64,000 nt of DNA from Camelus dromedarius (taxonomy: Eukaryota): contig NC_087436.1 of assembly GCF_036321535.1 (NCBI RefSeq), positions 42,844,001-42,908,000 of the forward strand, in the 5' to 3' direction. Below, piece after piece: positions 25,900 through 39,429 of the stretch. The notes below the pieces were generated by a model. That model was not told the origin of the DNA and did no database searches. It saw only the letters and a list, made by a program, of their open reading frames with translations. Position 1 is the stretch's first letter; every line of letters begins with the position of its first letter. A program made the translations under genes and the position numbers.

Positions 25900-26575
25900 T
25901 GGGCTTACTGGATGTCTCTCTGCGGTTTAGTCACTGCTTTGGCTTCTGAAACACTAGTGTTTTCTAGATGTCTTCTTTACCTCTCACAATTCATTCTCAA
26001 TTTCCTTCCTGAGTTCCTCACCTTTGCCTATCTCTTAAATCTTCCACCAGGGCCTCAGTAATATTCTGTTTATTCCCAAACCTATTTTGTACAGTTTAGC
26101 GTTTCTCTCCAAACATGCTTCCCACTCTCTACTGGAGTGTCACTCAGATGTTGTACTGGTACCCTACTGGTAATACTATGCATGAAATGAGCCTTGTTTA
26201 CCATCCCTGTTCCACCCAGCCCCCACCCAAACCTGCTTCTCTGCTTGCATTCCCTGCCTCCGTCTCATCGCCTTGCCTAACCCAGAAACTTGGTGTCATC
26301 CTGCCCGTCTCTCTTTGTCTTGCCAGCTTATGCAGTCACTTAGCAATGCCTCTCACTTCAGCTTCCTTAATGGCTTATAAGTCTGTCTCCTTCTCTTCAC
26401 CCACATACCAACCGCCAGGCTCGAATAAACTTCTCTTCTCTGTTCTTCTCTCCGTTTCTGAGAAAGAGATATTTAAAAATTGCAAATCAGATCTGTCATG
26501 CCTTTCCTTAGAATATTTCCATGGTTCCCTGGTTCCTCAGGCTAAAGTTTAAAATCCTAACAGTGCAAAATCTTT
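25900..26575 (+). mobile_element. L2 LINE fragment
   Basis: cccaaacctgcttctctgcttgcattccctgcctc...ccagaaacttggtgtcatcc...aaattgcaaatcagatctgtcatgcc. Confidence 0.72.
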
Positions 26576-26804
26576 TACATCTCGGTTCTTTTAATTGTCT
26601 CTACTCTCTAGTCACACAGACCACTTCTCCAACTTCAACCCCAATTTCTAAGTTTTCCATTTTTTCTTGATACCGTTTCACTTACACTCTTTGGGTGCCA
26701 AGTGCTCTTTCTCTTTCTCCCCCCTTGCCTGTATCATTTCCTCCTTTTTCTTTAGGCCTTGTCTCTAACGTTAGCCCTCAGCCTTCCTTGACACCCTCGT
26801 TGAC

Positions 26805-26923
26805 ACCTGGCCAGTAGGAAAGGTCTTTCACTGTACAAAGGTGCCTAGTGGAAGGGCTGAGGCGGGGCAGGGCTGCCTTTTTCTAATTTGCACAGAGGTG
26901 CCGTACAGGCCAGTAGCGGTCTG
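26805..26923. mobile_element. MER45A-like hAT-Tip100 MITE
   Basis: The end ttttctaatttgcacagaggtgccgtacaggccagtagcggtctg resembles the MER45 terminus as I recall it. Confidence 0.5.
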
Positions 26924-28717
26924 GCACCACAGCACCTATTACACACCCTGTTCCCCTCCACTTCCACCCCCGAAACTTAGCTTCTTGGCCTTAGTGACTA
27001 CGTTCACATTTTATCTTCACAGACTACCATACAAGTTGTCATTAATCTGGCACAAACTGTGCCGTAATCATTCCTGTTCATGAACATTGTTTTCACAATT
27101 TATTGTGCATTTAAAAAATTAATTTATTAATTACTGATTTATAAGAAGCCTAGGTCATTAACCACCTGGGAAAGGGAGGAAGTAGATTAAAATGTTACCT
27201 TTTATTTCATGTGGGGAGCCCTACCCTTACCACCATTCTCTCCCTAACACGGCACTTTGGATGGTCCATTTGTTTCTGTAAGTGATTCCTTTTATATTGG
27301 CTGAATTAAGTTGGGAGCAGATTTGGAGGATGTTTGAGTAGTACTTTCCCTAGAGTCGCTTGAAGGAAAGCTGTACAGGAGCACAGCCCTCATCAGTTGG
27401 TTTTTTAGAAGCAGCTGTGTGCTTAGTAAGAGTGAAATTTCTCCATTTTCTTAAATCTCTCTTTGCTAAGGTCAGGAACTGATCCAGTTGCCTCTTACCT
27501 CTAACTCCAAACTGTTCTCCTAAATATGCACCAGGCAAAACTGAGAGAACAATGTATTCTGTGCCTTGTAAGTACGTAGCCCTCTGTACTTAGGAATCCA
27601 CCCAAGAAAGGAGTGTACTTCCTGCCTAGCTCTCTGATCCTCGCTCTCACCTTCTCAGACACCTGCCTCATTTTCCTTCTTGTGCTCTAGAGTTCTCGCT
27701 CTTGCTCTCATATTCTCTCTCTGTGTCTCACACCCACACCCACCCCTGTCTTTCTAATCAGAGCTATTTTCTATGTTTCTGTTCAAGCTTCATAGTTTTC
27801 AACCTCATCTTTCAAGTTAGGATTCCCTTTTCTTCGTTCGAATGTTTCTTTCTGTTATGCCTGAACCAATATACAGAATTATTTGAGTACACTATTAGCT
27901 CTCACCTCTGCTTAGAGGATTCAGAAATTAGGAGAGTGGCTGCTCAGTGAGGCTGTGCAGTCACAAATTGGAAGGCGCAAAGAGAGAATGAATGAAAGCA
28001 GGTTTGGGAGGGTGGAACAGACAGCTCCGTGTCCTCCTGCAGGTGAACAGGGACGAGGTTGCTCTTCTTTCTTGCTTTTGGTCCACAAACTGCTGTAGAA
28101 GCTAGGGAACTGGTTTAGAGACATGCTATCCTTGCCTGAAGATACAGAATTTATTATTATTTCAAGAGCATTTCAATTCTGGTTTGCCCAGGTGGCCTAG
28201 GCTTACACAGTAAAAGTCTAGGAATCAACCTGCCTACACAAAAATTTACACTGTTATAGTTTCTGAAAAAATGTCAGATTATACGTTACTTGATTTTTGT
28301 AGCAATTTGCCTTCAAGTTTTACACCATAGTAAATCTGTAGACCACAGATTTCAGAGGAATCTCCTGAATAGCTGGATTATTGTTTGCTTGCTGCTAAAG
28401 ATTGTTGATTACATGCCCAAACCTAAACAAAAGAGTGTATTTAGTTTTTTCAATGAGGATTTCTGAAACCAAACACGAATGAAACCAAGGGATGAAAGAT
28501 AAGGGCTTACCAGTTTATGAAACTTGCTAATGGGATTTTAAATAACTCCCTTTTATACTTTACTCTCACTCAACTCTCTTGTTCTGCTTGATATATTTTA
28601 ATTATTTTGGGAAACAAAACACTGAGGATATGCTTGATTTTGGATACAGAACTATGTCAAGAATTGTAGGAAAATTCTTACAGATTTAGAATTATACTTG
28701 GCCTACAAAATTAGCCT

Positions 28718-30030
28718 CAGTCATTTATTCATCTATTTAGCAAATTTTTTTTAATACTTGTCTATTTTTTTTTTTTTAATGCTGCAGGTACTCCTCTAGA
28801 CACTGATACAGCAGTGAACGAAGCTGACAAAATCCCTTGCCCTTATACTGCTTATACTCAAGGGCAGGGGCAGGGACTGGGGCTAAACAAACAGAGCCTG
28901 TCCGTGGTTAGATGGTGATAAGTGAGCTGAGCCCAAAAGGAAGTCAGAGAGCAGGTTTTGCAACACCCAAAGGAAGGGCCTTTTGGGATGAGTGAGCTGG
29001 AAATTTGCCTGACGTGGCTGAGAGCAGCACAGTGGCCCGTGTGGCATGGCATGGTGTGGAGTGAGGGTTGCAGGAGGTTATAGGTGATGCCACCAGAGAG
29101 GTGATGGGAGCTTGTAGGTGGTAGTGAGGACCTTCACTTTCCCTCCTAGGGAGATGGTGTTATAGACTGAATGTTTGTGGCTCCTCCAAATTCATACATT
29201 GAAGCCCTTACTCCCTATGTGAGGGTATTTGAGGTGGGGCCTTTGTGAAGTCATTAGCTGTAGAGGAAGTCATGAGGGTGGGGCTCTCATGAGGGGATTA
29301 GTGCCCTTACAAGAAGAGGAAGAGAGACCAGAGCTTTCTCCACTCCTCACCTCCCCATATGAGGACGCAGTGAGTAGGTGGCCTTCTGCCAGCCAGGAAG
29401 AGAGCCTTCACCAGGAACTGAATCTGCCAGCACTTTGATCTCAGACTTCCTGGCTTCCAGAACTGTGAGACATAAATGTCAGTTGTTTGAGCCACCCAGT
29501 CTGTGGTATTTTGTTACGGCAGCCCTAGCTGACTGAGATAGATGAGAAGTCTTTGAAGTTCTCAGGAGAGAAGTGAGCTGATCTGACTCCTGTTTTAAGA
29601 GGATTGCTCTGGCTTCTATGTTACTGGAGGACTGTGAGGGCAAAAGCAGAGTCTGAGAGACCTGTTAGGAGGCAGTTATGGTAATCAGTGGCTTGAATTG
29701 GGGCCTCAGCAGTGGAGATAGAACTGTGGTCAGATTCAGGATGAGTTTTGAAGGTAGAGGCGAATCTGTGGTGGATTTGATTTGAGTTGTCACAGGCAGA
29801 GGGGAGTCAGTGACCAACCATGGGAAATTGGAAGGATGGAGTTGCCCCAGGTAGAGAAGGGCATGACTGGGGTGGGGGATGTTGTGAAGGTTAGTTACCA
29901 GCACATAGATTTTTAAGTGCCTGTTTGACTTCCAAGTGAAGATGTCATTTAAGTCAATGGATATGAGTCTGAAGTTCAGTAGGAGGTCAGGGCTGGAAAT
30001 ATAAAATCAGGAGTTGGCAGCATGCAGCTA
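28718..30030 (-). mobile_element. L2a LINE 3' region, interrupted by an MLT1 LTR
   Basis: Tail cagtcatttattcatctatttagcaaat; gatacagcagtgaacgaagctgacaaaatcccttgccctt; gatctgactcctgttttaagaggattgctctggct; gaggtcagggctggaaatataaa. Confidence 0.85.
29158..29540 (+). mobile_element. MaLR solo LTR (MLT1A/MLT1A0-like)
   Basis: tgttatagactgaatgtttgtg...gtattttgttacggcagccctagctgactgagata, 383 bp. A 5-bp TSD is visible as gatgg (29153-29157) and gatga (29541-29545). Confidence 0.92.
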
Positions 30031-30414
30031 AGAATGGTACTTCAAACATTTAACAACTAGTATGGCCTGAGTACCAACCAACCAGTTAGGTCAGTGCCAA
30101 CCTTAACAACAGACATGACTCTGTGGCTCTCTGTCAGCAGAGTATCAGTCCAACATTCCATCATGTTTGGTAAAGACATACCTTTCTGCTTGGCCCTCTG
30201 TAGTCTTTACAGATAAGCTGCGAACTTGACAGATAAGCCATAAATGCTTATTTCCTGTAAAAACCACAAAGGTACTGACTAGAAAGTATCAGCAGGGTAC
30301 ATTTATTTTCTCATCTCTCCACTCCCTTATTCATATTATACTCACTCTGTTTTCCTTGAAGGATTGGTTAAAGACAGGTATTTAACATATTAACACATTT
30401 TTGAAGACTGGTTT

Positions 30415-30610
30415 GAAAGTACTGGCTTTCCCGTACAACCCATCAGTATTTGAATCCTGGATCTTCCATTCTACAGCCTATGTTTGCAGAAACAAATTCC
30501 TTTTCCTTTCTTTTTTCTGAAAGCCAAATCTGTAAAATTGAAAATATGATTACCTCACCTTGCTGTGAGGATTAGAAATTCTATAAGTGAAGGGCCTATC
30601 ACAGGCCTAT
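30415..30610 (+). mobile_element. MIR SINE, decayed
   Basis: tttgaatcctggatcttccatt...atctgtaaaattgaaaat...ttgctgtgaggattaga. Confidence 0.6.
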
Positions 30611-32057
30611 CACACCACCATTATTTGTGGTACCATTCCCCACCTAACTCACGAGATTTCAGAGTTTGAAGGGCCCTTACCTTCTCTTGCGTTGTTAACA
30701 ATGACTAGTGAATCGTTATAACACTATTTATACCTCCTAAGTTAGATTTAGAATCCAGCCTACATTCAGAAATGTTTGGGCTTAGATTTACTCATGTGTG
30801 GACACCCGTTTTCACCAAGAGGAAGTATGAGTGGTTATCACAGGAAAGATCTTGATATTGATTAGTTCTTTCTCAACAAGTCAAATGTGAAAAGATGCTT
30901 TCTCTGACTTTGTAAACTATCAATTATATCTTTATATAAATATTTGCTTGTCCCACCATCGCCAAGTGATTGTGAACCGCTCACATTTGTCAATAAACTT
31001 CGAGGAGACGGATCCCATTTCTCTCTTGCTCTGATTTTTCAGGGCCCGACACTGAGCACCATCATACGAGGCCAATTACAGGACCAGGTACACGTGTGTG
31101 TGTTAGGTAGACGAGAGTCTGGACTTCTAAGCTTCTAAAAATCCTGTACTTTACAGTCCTTAATGCAACACTCTGTTTCGGGCAGATGTAGGGAGAGTGC
31201 CTTGGCCGCCTTCCCAGATTGGTGCAAGTGAGCCCAGAGACTGTTTACTGTCGATTCCTCAATACCTAGAAAGTTTCCTGGCACAAATTGGTGCTCAAGA
31301 AACATTTGTTAAATTAATACATGGAAACAAAGCAGTATGGTATCCGTGGTACCTCAGTGTCCTGTAGAGCTTTGCGGGAAGCAGACACTGCATGAGTATC
31401 TCATTTCTGTGAGTGCAGCTTCTGACTGACTGACAAATGGAACTACTTAGAGCCATGACTGCCAGTACTCAGCTTCCTGTCCTGTTGCACTAAACGTTGC
31501 TGTTGATTTCCTCTCCTCATTAGAATTATGGATTTTACTTGCTAACTTGTCTCTCCTCATCAAAAAGATACAGAAAATGCTGCATTCTCCATTTTATTAC
31601 TGACTCACTATGAATTACTCAGATCTCTCTTCTTTCGGGTAGTGTCCTCTCCTCGGAGGACTCGCAGGCCCTCTTTACAGTAGATCCTTTCTCTAGCTTG
31701 TCAAACAAGCCTGAATAAAAATGTCAGCACCTAGCAGTGGACATAGCCACGATCGATTTGAATTGCCTATTCTCCACAATGTGCATGTGGAAACATGGAC
31801 CACTAGAGAGCATCGGAGAAGGGAGGGAAGAACAGATAAACCTCAGACAACACTCTGCAAGGCTGGCAAAGGGTTTCCTGTGCTTTGTAGGACTCTGCTG
31901 CAGATTGGACTACGCTTTCTTTTTGTGCTTTTTATCCTGCTTTTAAAAGCAGAGGCTTTCTCCAGAAGTATTTCTAATAAAACATGTACAGTATCTTGCC
32001 CTGTCCAACTTCATGTGATTGTAAAATTTTTGAACCTGATTCTTGAAATAACAACGG

Positions 32058-32285
32058 CTAAAAATTTATTGAGTGTATGTCACACACGTGAGGTGTGGGA
32101 CCGAATGGGCTGTGTATGTTATATTGTATAGTAGTCACGGTAGGCACATTATTATGTTCATTTTTACAAATGCAGGAAAGAGTTAAGACATACTGAGCAC
32201 CATGCACACAATTGCCCAGCAAGTGGCCAAGCTGGGACTGCACGCCAGGCTTCTGCCTGCAGAGGCCCCTCACCTCTGCGCTGTC
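32058..32285 (-). mobile_element. MIR SINE
   Basis: ctaaaaatttattgagtg...catttttacaaatgcaggaa...cagcaagtggccaagctgggact. Confidence 0.7.
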
Positions 32286-34775
32286 TCTCTCAATGATAGC
32301 TGTGGAGGCCTGGGATTACTTTGTTTATCCTGTTGGAAATGACAGTTGCAGTAATGACCAAATACACTGTGACATTAATTCCCCCTGGAAGTGTCATTTG
32401 ATTATGTTTGGTAAACTGAATGAGCATCTGATTTCTATGAATGAAGCTTTTAATTGATTTACAAATGACATTGTTTGGAGCTGTGACTGCTGGTATTGGA
32501 CTTGGTGTCCTGTTACAGTCGATGTTGCGTTTTTATTCTCTCCCCACGTTGACAGTGTTTTCTGTGTTAGTCTATTTGAATGATGTCCTTTGAAAGCAGC
32601 CTTTATAAGTAACTAAGTGAATGTGGCAACTCTGGTTATGTAGCTTTGAGTGGCGATAACCAAAACCCATGTGCAATGGGAATTAGATTTTGGTTATCCC
32701 ACCACTACCACCCCCCTCCAAAAAAAAAAAAAAAACTGGCAGAAATAGACAAATGAATAAGTAGGTAACTTAAAAAATGTATTTTTCCATATACATAATC
32801 TTATAACCCATGAAAACTCGTAATATGCGATACCTTTTAATGACTGCATTTGTTTTGCTCATACTGATTTGCCTGTGAAATCCCTAATACATTATTCAGT
32901 AGAATTTACTTTATAGTTTTATGGCCAGATTTCCTGACTTCGGTGTGTGTGAGAAAACAGCAGTTCTTTCATTTAGAGCAGATGGTTGTAGAAATGAGCT
33001 ACCTTATGAAAACTATATAATTGACCTTATGCCTAGGAATAGATTATTTCCCAGTCCTAGGGAAATATGCCCTGAACATTACTTTGTGATGCTTTTCAAT
33101 TCTTTGAGATTCTGTGCCACTCTTGTCACTTTCCAGTTAAAGCTGAGAAGGACATAGGTATTTGGGCATGAAAATTGCTCAGATTTTACTCTGTTTCTTC
33201 CTTAAAGTGTTTTTCAGTGTCTGTAGACTTTGAAACCAAGATCTAGCAAGGTAGGTATCATTTAGTGACTACATGATGTATTGTATTATGGCAGGGCAAT
33301 GACTCGCAAGTCATTTCAATATTTTGAGCTCTCTGTACCTGTTTTAATTTTTTTTTTTGTTGTTGGAGAAGGAGTTATTTGGTTGACTATTTTTGTACTG
33401 AAATATTCTGAAATGTTTTGAAGTTGTAGTTTTATGACGAGCCTATGGATGTATGATCAAAGTATTATAAATGAAAGATTTTAATCATAAGTCAGGGAGT
33501 CATGAAAACTCATGCGAACACACAGAACAGAGCAATGAATGAGAGATTGTTTCCTTTTTTGCTCTAAGAGTTCTGTCTGTTTAGAAATAAGTCTGACCTT
33601 GCATTCTCTTGGGATTAAAGCTCAAGTTGACAGCAGAGAAAAAGATTTGAGAACCAGAAAGAAACATGAGGACACTTAATGTCAAGAATGAGAGGGAAGC
33701 TGCCAGAAGTTTGATAAGAAGTTTGTAGATTTGGATTTGGGGAAGATTTCCAATTTGCTCAGGAACCTCCCTGTTTATATCATAGAAGCTTTGATTGGCT
33801 AATAAGTGATAACCATTGTAGTTATTCTGTAACTTACTATGCCAAACCTTCTGAGAAAGGATCACAAATACATATGCTTACTATCCTCCCAATTGTACAT
33901 AATACTGCTTCAACTAACAAAAATAGGCTTAATGCTGCAATTCTATCATTGGAGTCCTGTTTCTTACATTTTCCTTTAAAACTTCCAAATTAAATAGAAC
34001 TCTATAATGACACCCTAACTTCACTAACATAGGAGGAAAGCATGATCATCATCCAGAATACTTGTTTCTTCACTCACTGTGGATAGAAATCTCTTTTCTA
34101 AATGACTTTTTTATATCCTCTTGCTAATTACAAGCAGCCTCAGGACACCACAGTTTCACCACCACACCCTCCTCCCATCTCGTCTCCTTGAAGCTGTAGC
34201 CCAGTTCCAATTTAATGACAGGCATATAGATGCCAAAGACAATATTTACCCAATTAAGATTTTGGTTTTTTTCCTGACCATCCCTCTGAGGCATTTGACT
34301 TGTTGTTGTGTATGCTGGTGGGTAGGGGGACTAGAAGTGTTCCAGGAGCCCTCTAAGTCTACAAAGTCATTGGCCAGCAGATTCTCCCAGGTGAGGGGAA
34401 TGTTAGTTGGTAGTTGGAGATATCGACTGTAACCAGTCTGGTACTGTTTAAAATCAAATGTACCACCTTCAGCATAATTCTCTATGTTTCCAACTGATCC
34501 ATTCTCTGCTCACAAATAGCACTAGGGGAAGATAAGAGTCGATTTTTGAACGGTCCAAATTTATCACCTGCTTTGGAATAACTGTGTGTGGCTCTGGTTT
34601 AAATGAACAGACAACCCCTGGACTCCATTCGTACAACAAAGGGGCTGGATTGTGGTTGACTTTGAAGGCCTCTGTCAGGTCTAAAATTTTGGGACTTTTT
34701 TTTTTTTTTTAATGTTCACAATATGTTACACAAAGTACACGTATGGTAGACAGTTGCCATTTCCCATGATCTTTT

Positions 34776-34802
34776 TTTTTTTTAACATTTTTTATTGATT
34801 TA
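34776..34802 (-). mobile_element. Extremely 5'-truncated young L1 tail (27 bp) with perfect 15-bp TSD
   Basis: TTCCCATGATCTTTT at 34761-34775 and 34803-34817 flanks ttttttttaacattttttattgattta. The site reads TTTT/GA. Confidence 0.85.
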
Positions 34803-34849
34803 TTCCCATGATCTTTTGAGTAGCCTTTCTAAAGTTGTGAAACACAACA

Positions 34850-35332
34850 TTGTGAGTCCTGTCTTACCAATGTAGTAGTCAAAAATCAAATTCCCAGCTC
34901 CCCTGCAGCTAGGATGCAGGTATGACACCTAGGTGTGTCCAATCTGACAAACTTTTGCCATCTTTAAATTAGGGGTTGATGTTATGAAACAGGTGTTATG
35001 TGTACCTTCCATGGTGTTGGTAAGTGTGGTAGCAGAGGACTCTGGCTTGCGGGGTCAGCTGTGTGACAGTTAATTCTGGGTGCAGAACTGGCCCTATCCT
35101 GGAGGCACTGGCAGTTGCGGTACATTATTGGTATTAATGGTGGTAGATACAGTGGCAGCTGATTTCTCATCGAGCTAGTTCTGGAGCTAGGTTTTGAGGG
35201 ATTTTTTTTTTTCCTGGAAACTTAGTCCTGAGTCCTCCTATCAATTCTGGAAGCTCTGGATATTGGTTTAATACGTTCCTTAGACTAGATGGAGTGGATT
35301 TTAGTTAATAATCCTAAGAATCCTCACTGAAT
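34850..35332 (+). mobile_element. Old ERVL-class solo LTR (LTR33/LTR16-like)
   Basis: ttcccagctcccctgcagctaggatgcagg...ccaatc; end tttaatacgttccttagactagatggagtggattttag...taagaatcctcactgaata. Confidence 0.6.
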
Positions 35333-37710
35333 AAATGTGTGTCATTTTACTATAAGACTAAATATCCTGTATCTAATAATTTAGTAATTTTAGTGCGAAT
35401 GAATTAATGAACAGACTATAAAAGGTGACATAGTATGTGTTTGTGAAACCTCTGATCAAAAGTATTACACAACATACATTGATAATGTTTTTTAGGGCAA
35501 TTTTACAACAGCAAAAAACAGGCTGTATTTATGCTTTGTCCTCTATCTCCTCACATCCCAACTCCATGTAAACATTTCTCTCCATTGAAAATTGTGCTCA
35601 TTTTTTTGCTACCTGACAAATGGTTATTTATAGCACAGTAGTAGAACCAGATGTGAATAGGAAGGAAGGCTAAGACTAGGTGAAGTGTTGAATTTATGTC
35701 TGAATTGTCTGGTTTATGGAGAACATGGGTCTGATTCATCATGCTGCTAAATTAAATTGCTCTTCTTAGTTAATATCTGAAATGTTCACTGAAGAGCTTT
35801 TTTAATGTTGCAAATTTTACGTCATTTCCTTTATGTAAGTGTGCCTGAGGGTAATTGGATTTGAAAACGATCAGAGTAAAATGGCAGAATGGAGACTGTT
35901 TTTCCATCCTTTCTATTTTTTACTCAGAACATACTCTAATTGACAAGGGAAAATTTATATGACATATATTGTCATCTAAGGAGCTTTAGGGGAGATGAAA
36001 TTCTTTTTCACTATTAAGTCAATTCTACTAGTAGCACTGAAGCCCAACTGGAAGAGAGATGACAAATAGTGTTGTCTAGTGGTTTTTGAACAGTACATCA
36101 TGACCCAATAATGACCACTAAATGTAATGAAATAAATATGTAATAGAAGATATCAGAGTGTGCCACATGTAGTAAGGTTAGGTATCATTTTGTGTACTGT
36201 TTATATTGTGTTCATGTCTGTATTTTCATTTATTTATGTACTATATACAGTGTAATTTTTACTGAGAGTCATTTTTTACTGAAAAAAGTTTAAAAGACCA
36301 AACATTTAGTTAGTTAAGACCATCTGTATTTCCTTCAAAAACCAAAATACTAAAATTATTTTGAGTTCATTTTTGGTTTTCAAAATTGACTGTGGCACAA
36401 AGGGTCACAACAGAAATTATTACCCTAGGTTCTAGGAATTCCTGCTACAAACTTATTTATTCAGATGATTACATGGGCAGTTTATAAAAGTTTTTCTGAG
36501 GCTCAACTCAGTGGGCAGCTCTGTTCAGTCTGGTACTTAGCAGTTTTTTCCTCATTGTATTTTGTGTTTAATAAATTATGTAATAGAAAGAATATGCTCA
36601 AAAAATTAGTCCTTTAATTCCAGTGTACTGTTGGTTTACAACGTTTTTTACTGTTTAGATGTTGCTTTGTCCAGTTCTAGGAATAAAGAATTTTTTAGGT
36701 TGGTGGGAATGTTCTTCCAGCTGTGCTTGATGTTGTTAGATGCGGTTTTGCTTTGTGTCACTGCTGTCTCGAAGCAAGAAGACCAGGTATAGCTGCTCTT
36801 TTTTCTGTTCTCAGATTGTTCAGACAAACCTTTAACCTAGTTCAAGAGCATTTCTGTTTAGGAGCTAGTAAGAATTGTAACTTTTCCAAAATGACACTGA
36901 AATAACATTTTATTTTCTAAGATGATACTGCTCTGAAAAAATGAAAAATTTAAAAAAATAAGGAATTCACCTTTACCAGAAAGAAAGCATTACCTTCATT
37001 TTTCATTATATAATAAAATACCTTTCTTTTCTACTCTTTTTATTCATGTGCATCATCTTTAGAGAGTTGTTTTTGTTCAGGGAGCCCCAAATATGTCATG
37101 AAATGATGAATAATTTTAATGCTCAAAGGCTTTGTAGCAGGAAAGATAAGTCCTTTGAGAGGATCAGAGAAGGTGATAGATACCAAACTCTCTTCAGATG
37201 GCACCTTTCCATAGCCAGAATCCAGAAGAAAGGTCACCTAGACTTCTAGTTCTACTGCCCATTTTCAAGTATATTTCACATTTTAGTGTTAATCATAGTT
37301 CATATCAATATTAAAGATGGCCTTTTAAAATTAACAAGGCTTTATCCCTTACTCTTTTTCCCTTTTTAAAATTTTCTTTCCTGAGTAGAAGCCAATCTTA
37401 TAGTAGGTTATAAACTGCAGTATAATTTGCTAATGTAGTATCTGACACAGAGTCATTGTACAAAGATAGTTTTTTTAATAGTGTTTGTGATTATACATAA
37501 ATGAAATATTTAGGGAGACTGTATATGGAAAATGTAAGCTTACGAAGTAGATTGATCAAATGATAATTAATATATTAAACAGTTTTATTTTATAAATGGT
37601 TAACCACATAGGTTTAATTTCTTCATTTATAATTAAGCATTTTTGTTTGTTAATAACACTTGATTGTAATACTGAAGAGCAGATAAATATAATAAAAGAG
37701 TTAAGATCTG

Positions 37711-38389
37711 CAGTCAGTTCAAGCTGCATAAGGAGACAAACCCAGTTCTCATTATTTGCAGATTCTTTATTTGCGAAATCACCTACTTGCTAAAATTTCT
37801 TTGTAACTCCATCCATACTTGGGGTGCTTGTGCTCTTTCTTGGACATTCACAGACCCCTGCAGAACAGCAAAAAGTTGGAGCCACCCATTGTGCATGGGC
37901 AGCCCCAGTGGAGGGCTGACAGGTGACACTCTGCCTTCTAGTGTTGGCTCTCACACTCGAAGCAAGTGTCTTTCTCACCATCTATTTAGTGCCTGGTTTT
38001 GCTGTTTAAAATGGCCCCCGAGCAGAGGGCTGAAGTGCTGTGTAGTGTTTCTAAGCCCAGAAAGGCTCTGATGTGCCTTATGGAGAAGATATGAGAAAAT
38101 ACATATGTTAGGTAAGCTTTGTAACCAAGCTGCCTTCAGGCATCAGTCATAGTGCTGTTGGCTAAGAGTTCAGTGTTAATAAATCAATAATATATATTTA
38201 ATAGGGTATCATTAAACAAAAACATGCATAAAGCAAGGTCATATATTAGTTAACCAAGACATTGTGACCTGAAGCTTGCAGGAACCTTCCACCTGTGTTT
38301 CCCTTAGGAACAGTGGTTCAGTATTTGCTGACTCCATGTTTGCGGCAACTTTGTAGAACATAACTACCACAAATAATGAGAATTGACTG
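37711..38389. mobile_element. MER82 (TcMar-Tigger) near full length
   Basis: Right TIR aaataatgagaattgactg+TA; left TIR cagtcagttc[28-bp insert]tcattattt; internal gctgtttaaaatggccccc...gctgaagtgctg...gatgtgccttatggagaa. Confidence 0.88.
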
Positions 38390-39104
38390 TACCAAGCAAT
38401 CTGAAATTTGTTGTTGTGAACAATTAATGGAAAACAGTCATTTGAACTGAGGAGGATCAAATTTATCTTCACTTTTAGGGGAACATATTTCTACACAGAA
38501 TTATCAGCATAATGACTTGAAAAGTATTTTTCTCTACTTTTTTTAGTTTCAAAGAGAGCATCTTATGGCAATCCATGATTTAAGAGCAATAAGGGAAAAT
38601 TTCCAGGTGATAATTTGCCTACCTTATTCATGGGTGGCAATAAGCATATTATTTAAAAACAGTTTTTTAGAAATCCCTGTAAAAATTAACTCTTCATTTT
38701 GCAATCAGAATTAGGAGAAATCTTTCTTAAAGTTAGATGCTGGTAGATGGGTCTAACTGAAAGAAGCCGCTGAAACCCATCTAACTCCTAAGTTGCACTT
38801 GAAGAACAGAGATGAATCCTTTCTGTACTTTGCCAAGACTGGAGAGCAGGCTGTTTAATAGCTGGGCCTGGGCTGCGCTTCCTGAGTTAGTCAGGTGCTT
38901 CTGTTCTTCCTCTGACTGTCCATCTGCTGAAGCCCTGTTGTCATACATCCTGCTGTAACTGCCTAGTGCTAACCACAAGTATGAGAGAATTTACTTCATA
39001 CAGTATTATGCAAATTAACTTATCAAATGTATTTGATCCAAAATTTAAAACAGACATTTCATAAAATTCCTATTAATTTAATAATTATAGTCATTTAATT
39101 TAAT

Positions 39105-39345
39105 GATAATACTACATGGCATTCATCCAGTCCTATTAGGTAATATGTACTGTTTTGAGCTTTTGATGTATATTATCTCCTTTAATTGTCACAAGCCAAT
39201 GGAAGGATTCTCTTATTCTTCTCATTTTACAACTGAGGAACTGAGACCCAGAGAGATTAAGTATCTGAGATCAAATTACTAATAAATGCAGAACCAGGAT
39301 TGGAGCATAGGCGTTCTGACTTCAGAGCCTCGCTGTCAAACATGG
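39105..39345 (-). mobile_element. MIR SINE
   Basis: ctcattttacaactgaggaactgagacccagagagattaagt...gcagaaccaggatt...tctgacttcagagcc. Confidence 0.85.
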
Positions 39346-39429
39346 TGTATCATGTGCTGATACCTGGTTTTAACGTGCTGTGTTCAAGTAAGCCAAGAGC
39401 AGATTTCATTCTCTGAAGAATGAGTTCAT

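Noticed and set aside
26115..26552. 145-aa ORF
   Set aside because: It lies within a decayed L2 and shows no recognisable protein motif or splice support.
31721..32131. 136-aa ORF
   Set aside because: No recognisable homology, and its end runs into a MIR; it is probably a chance ORF.
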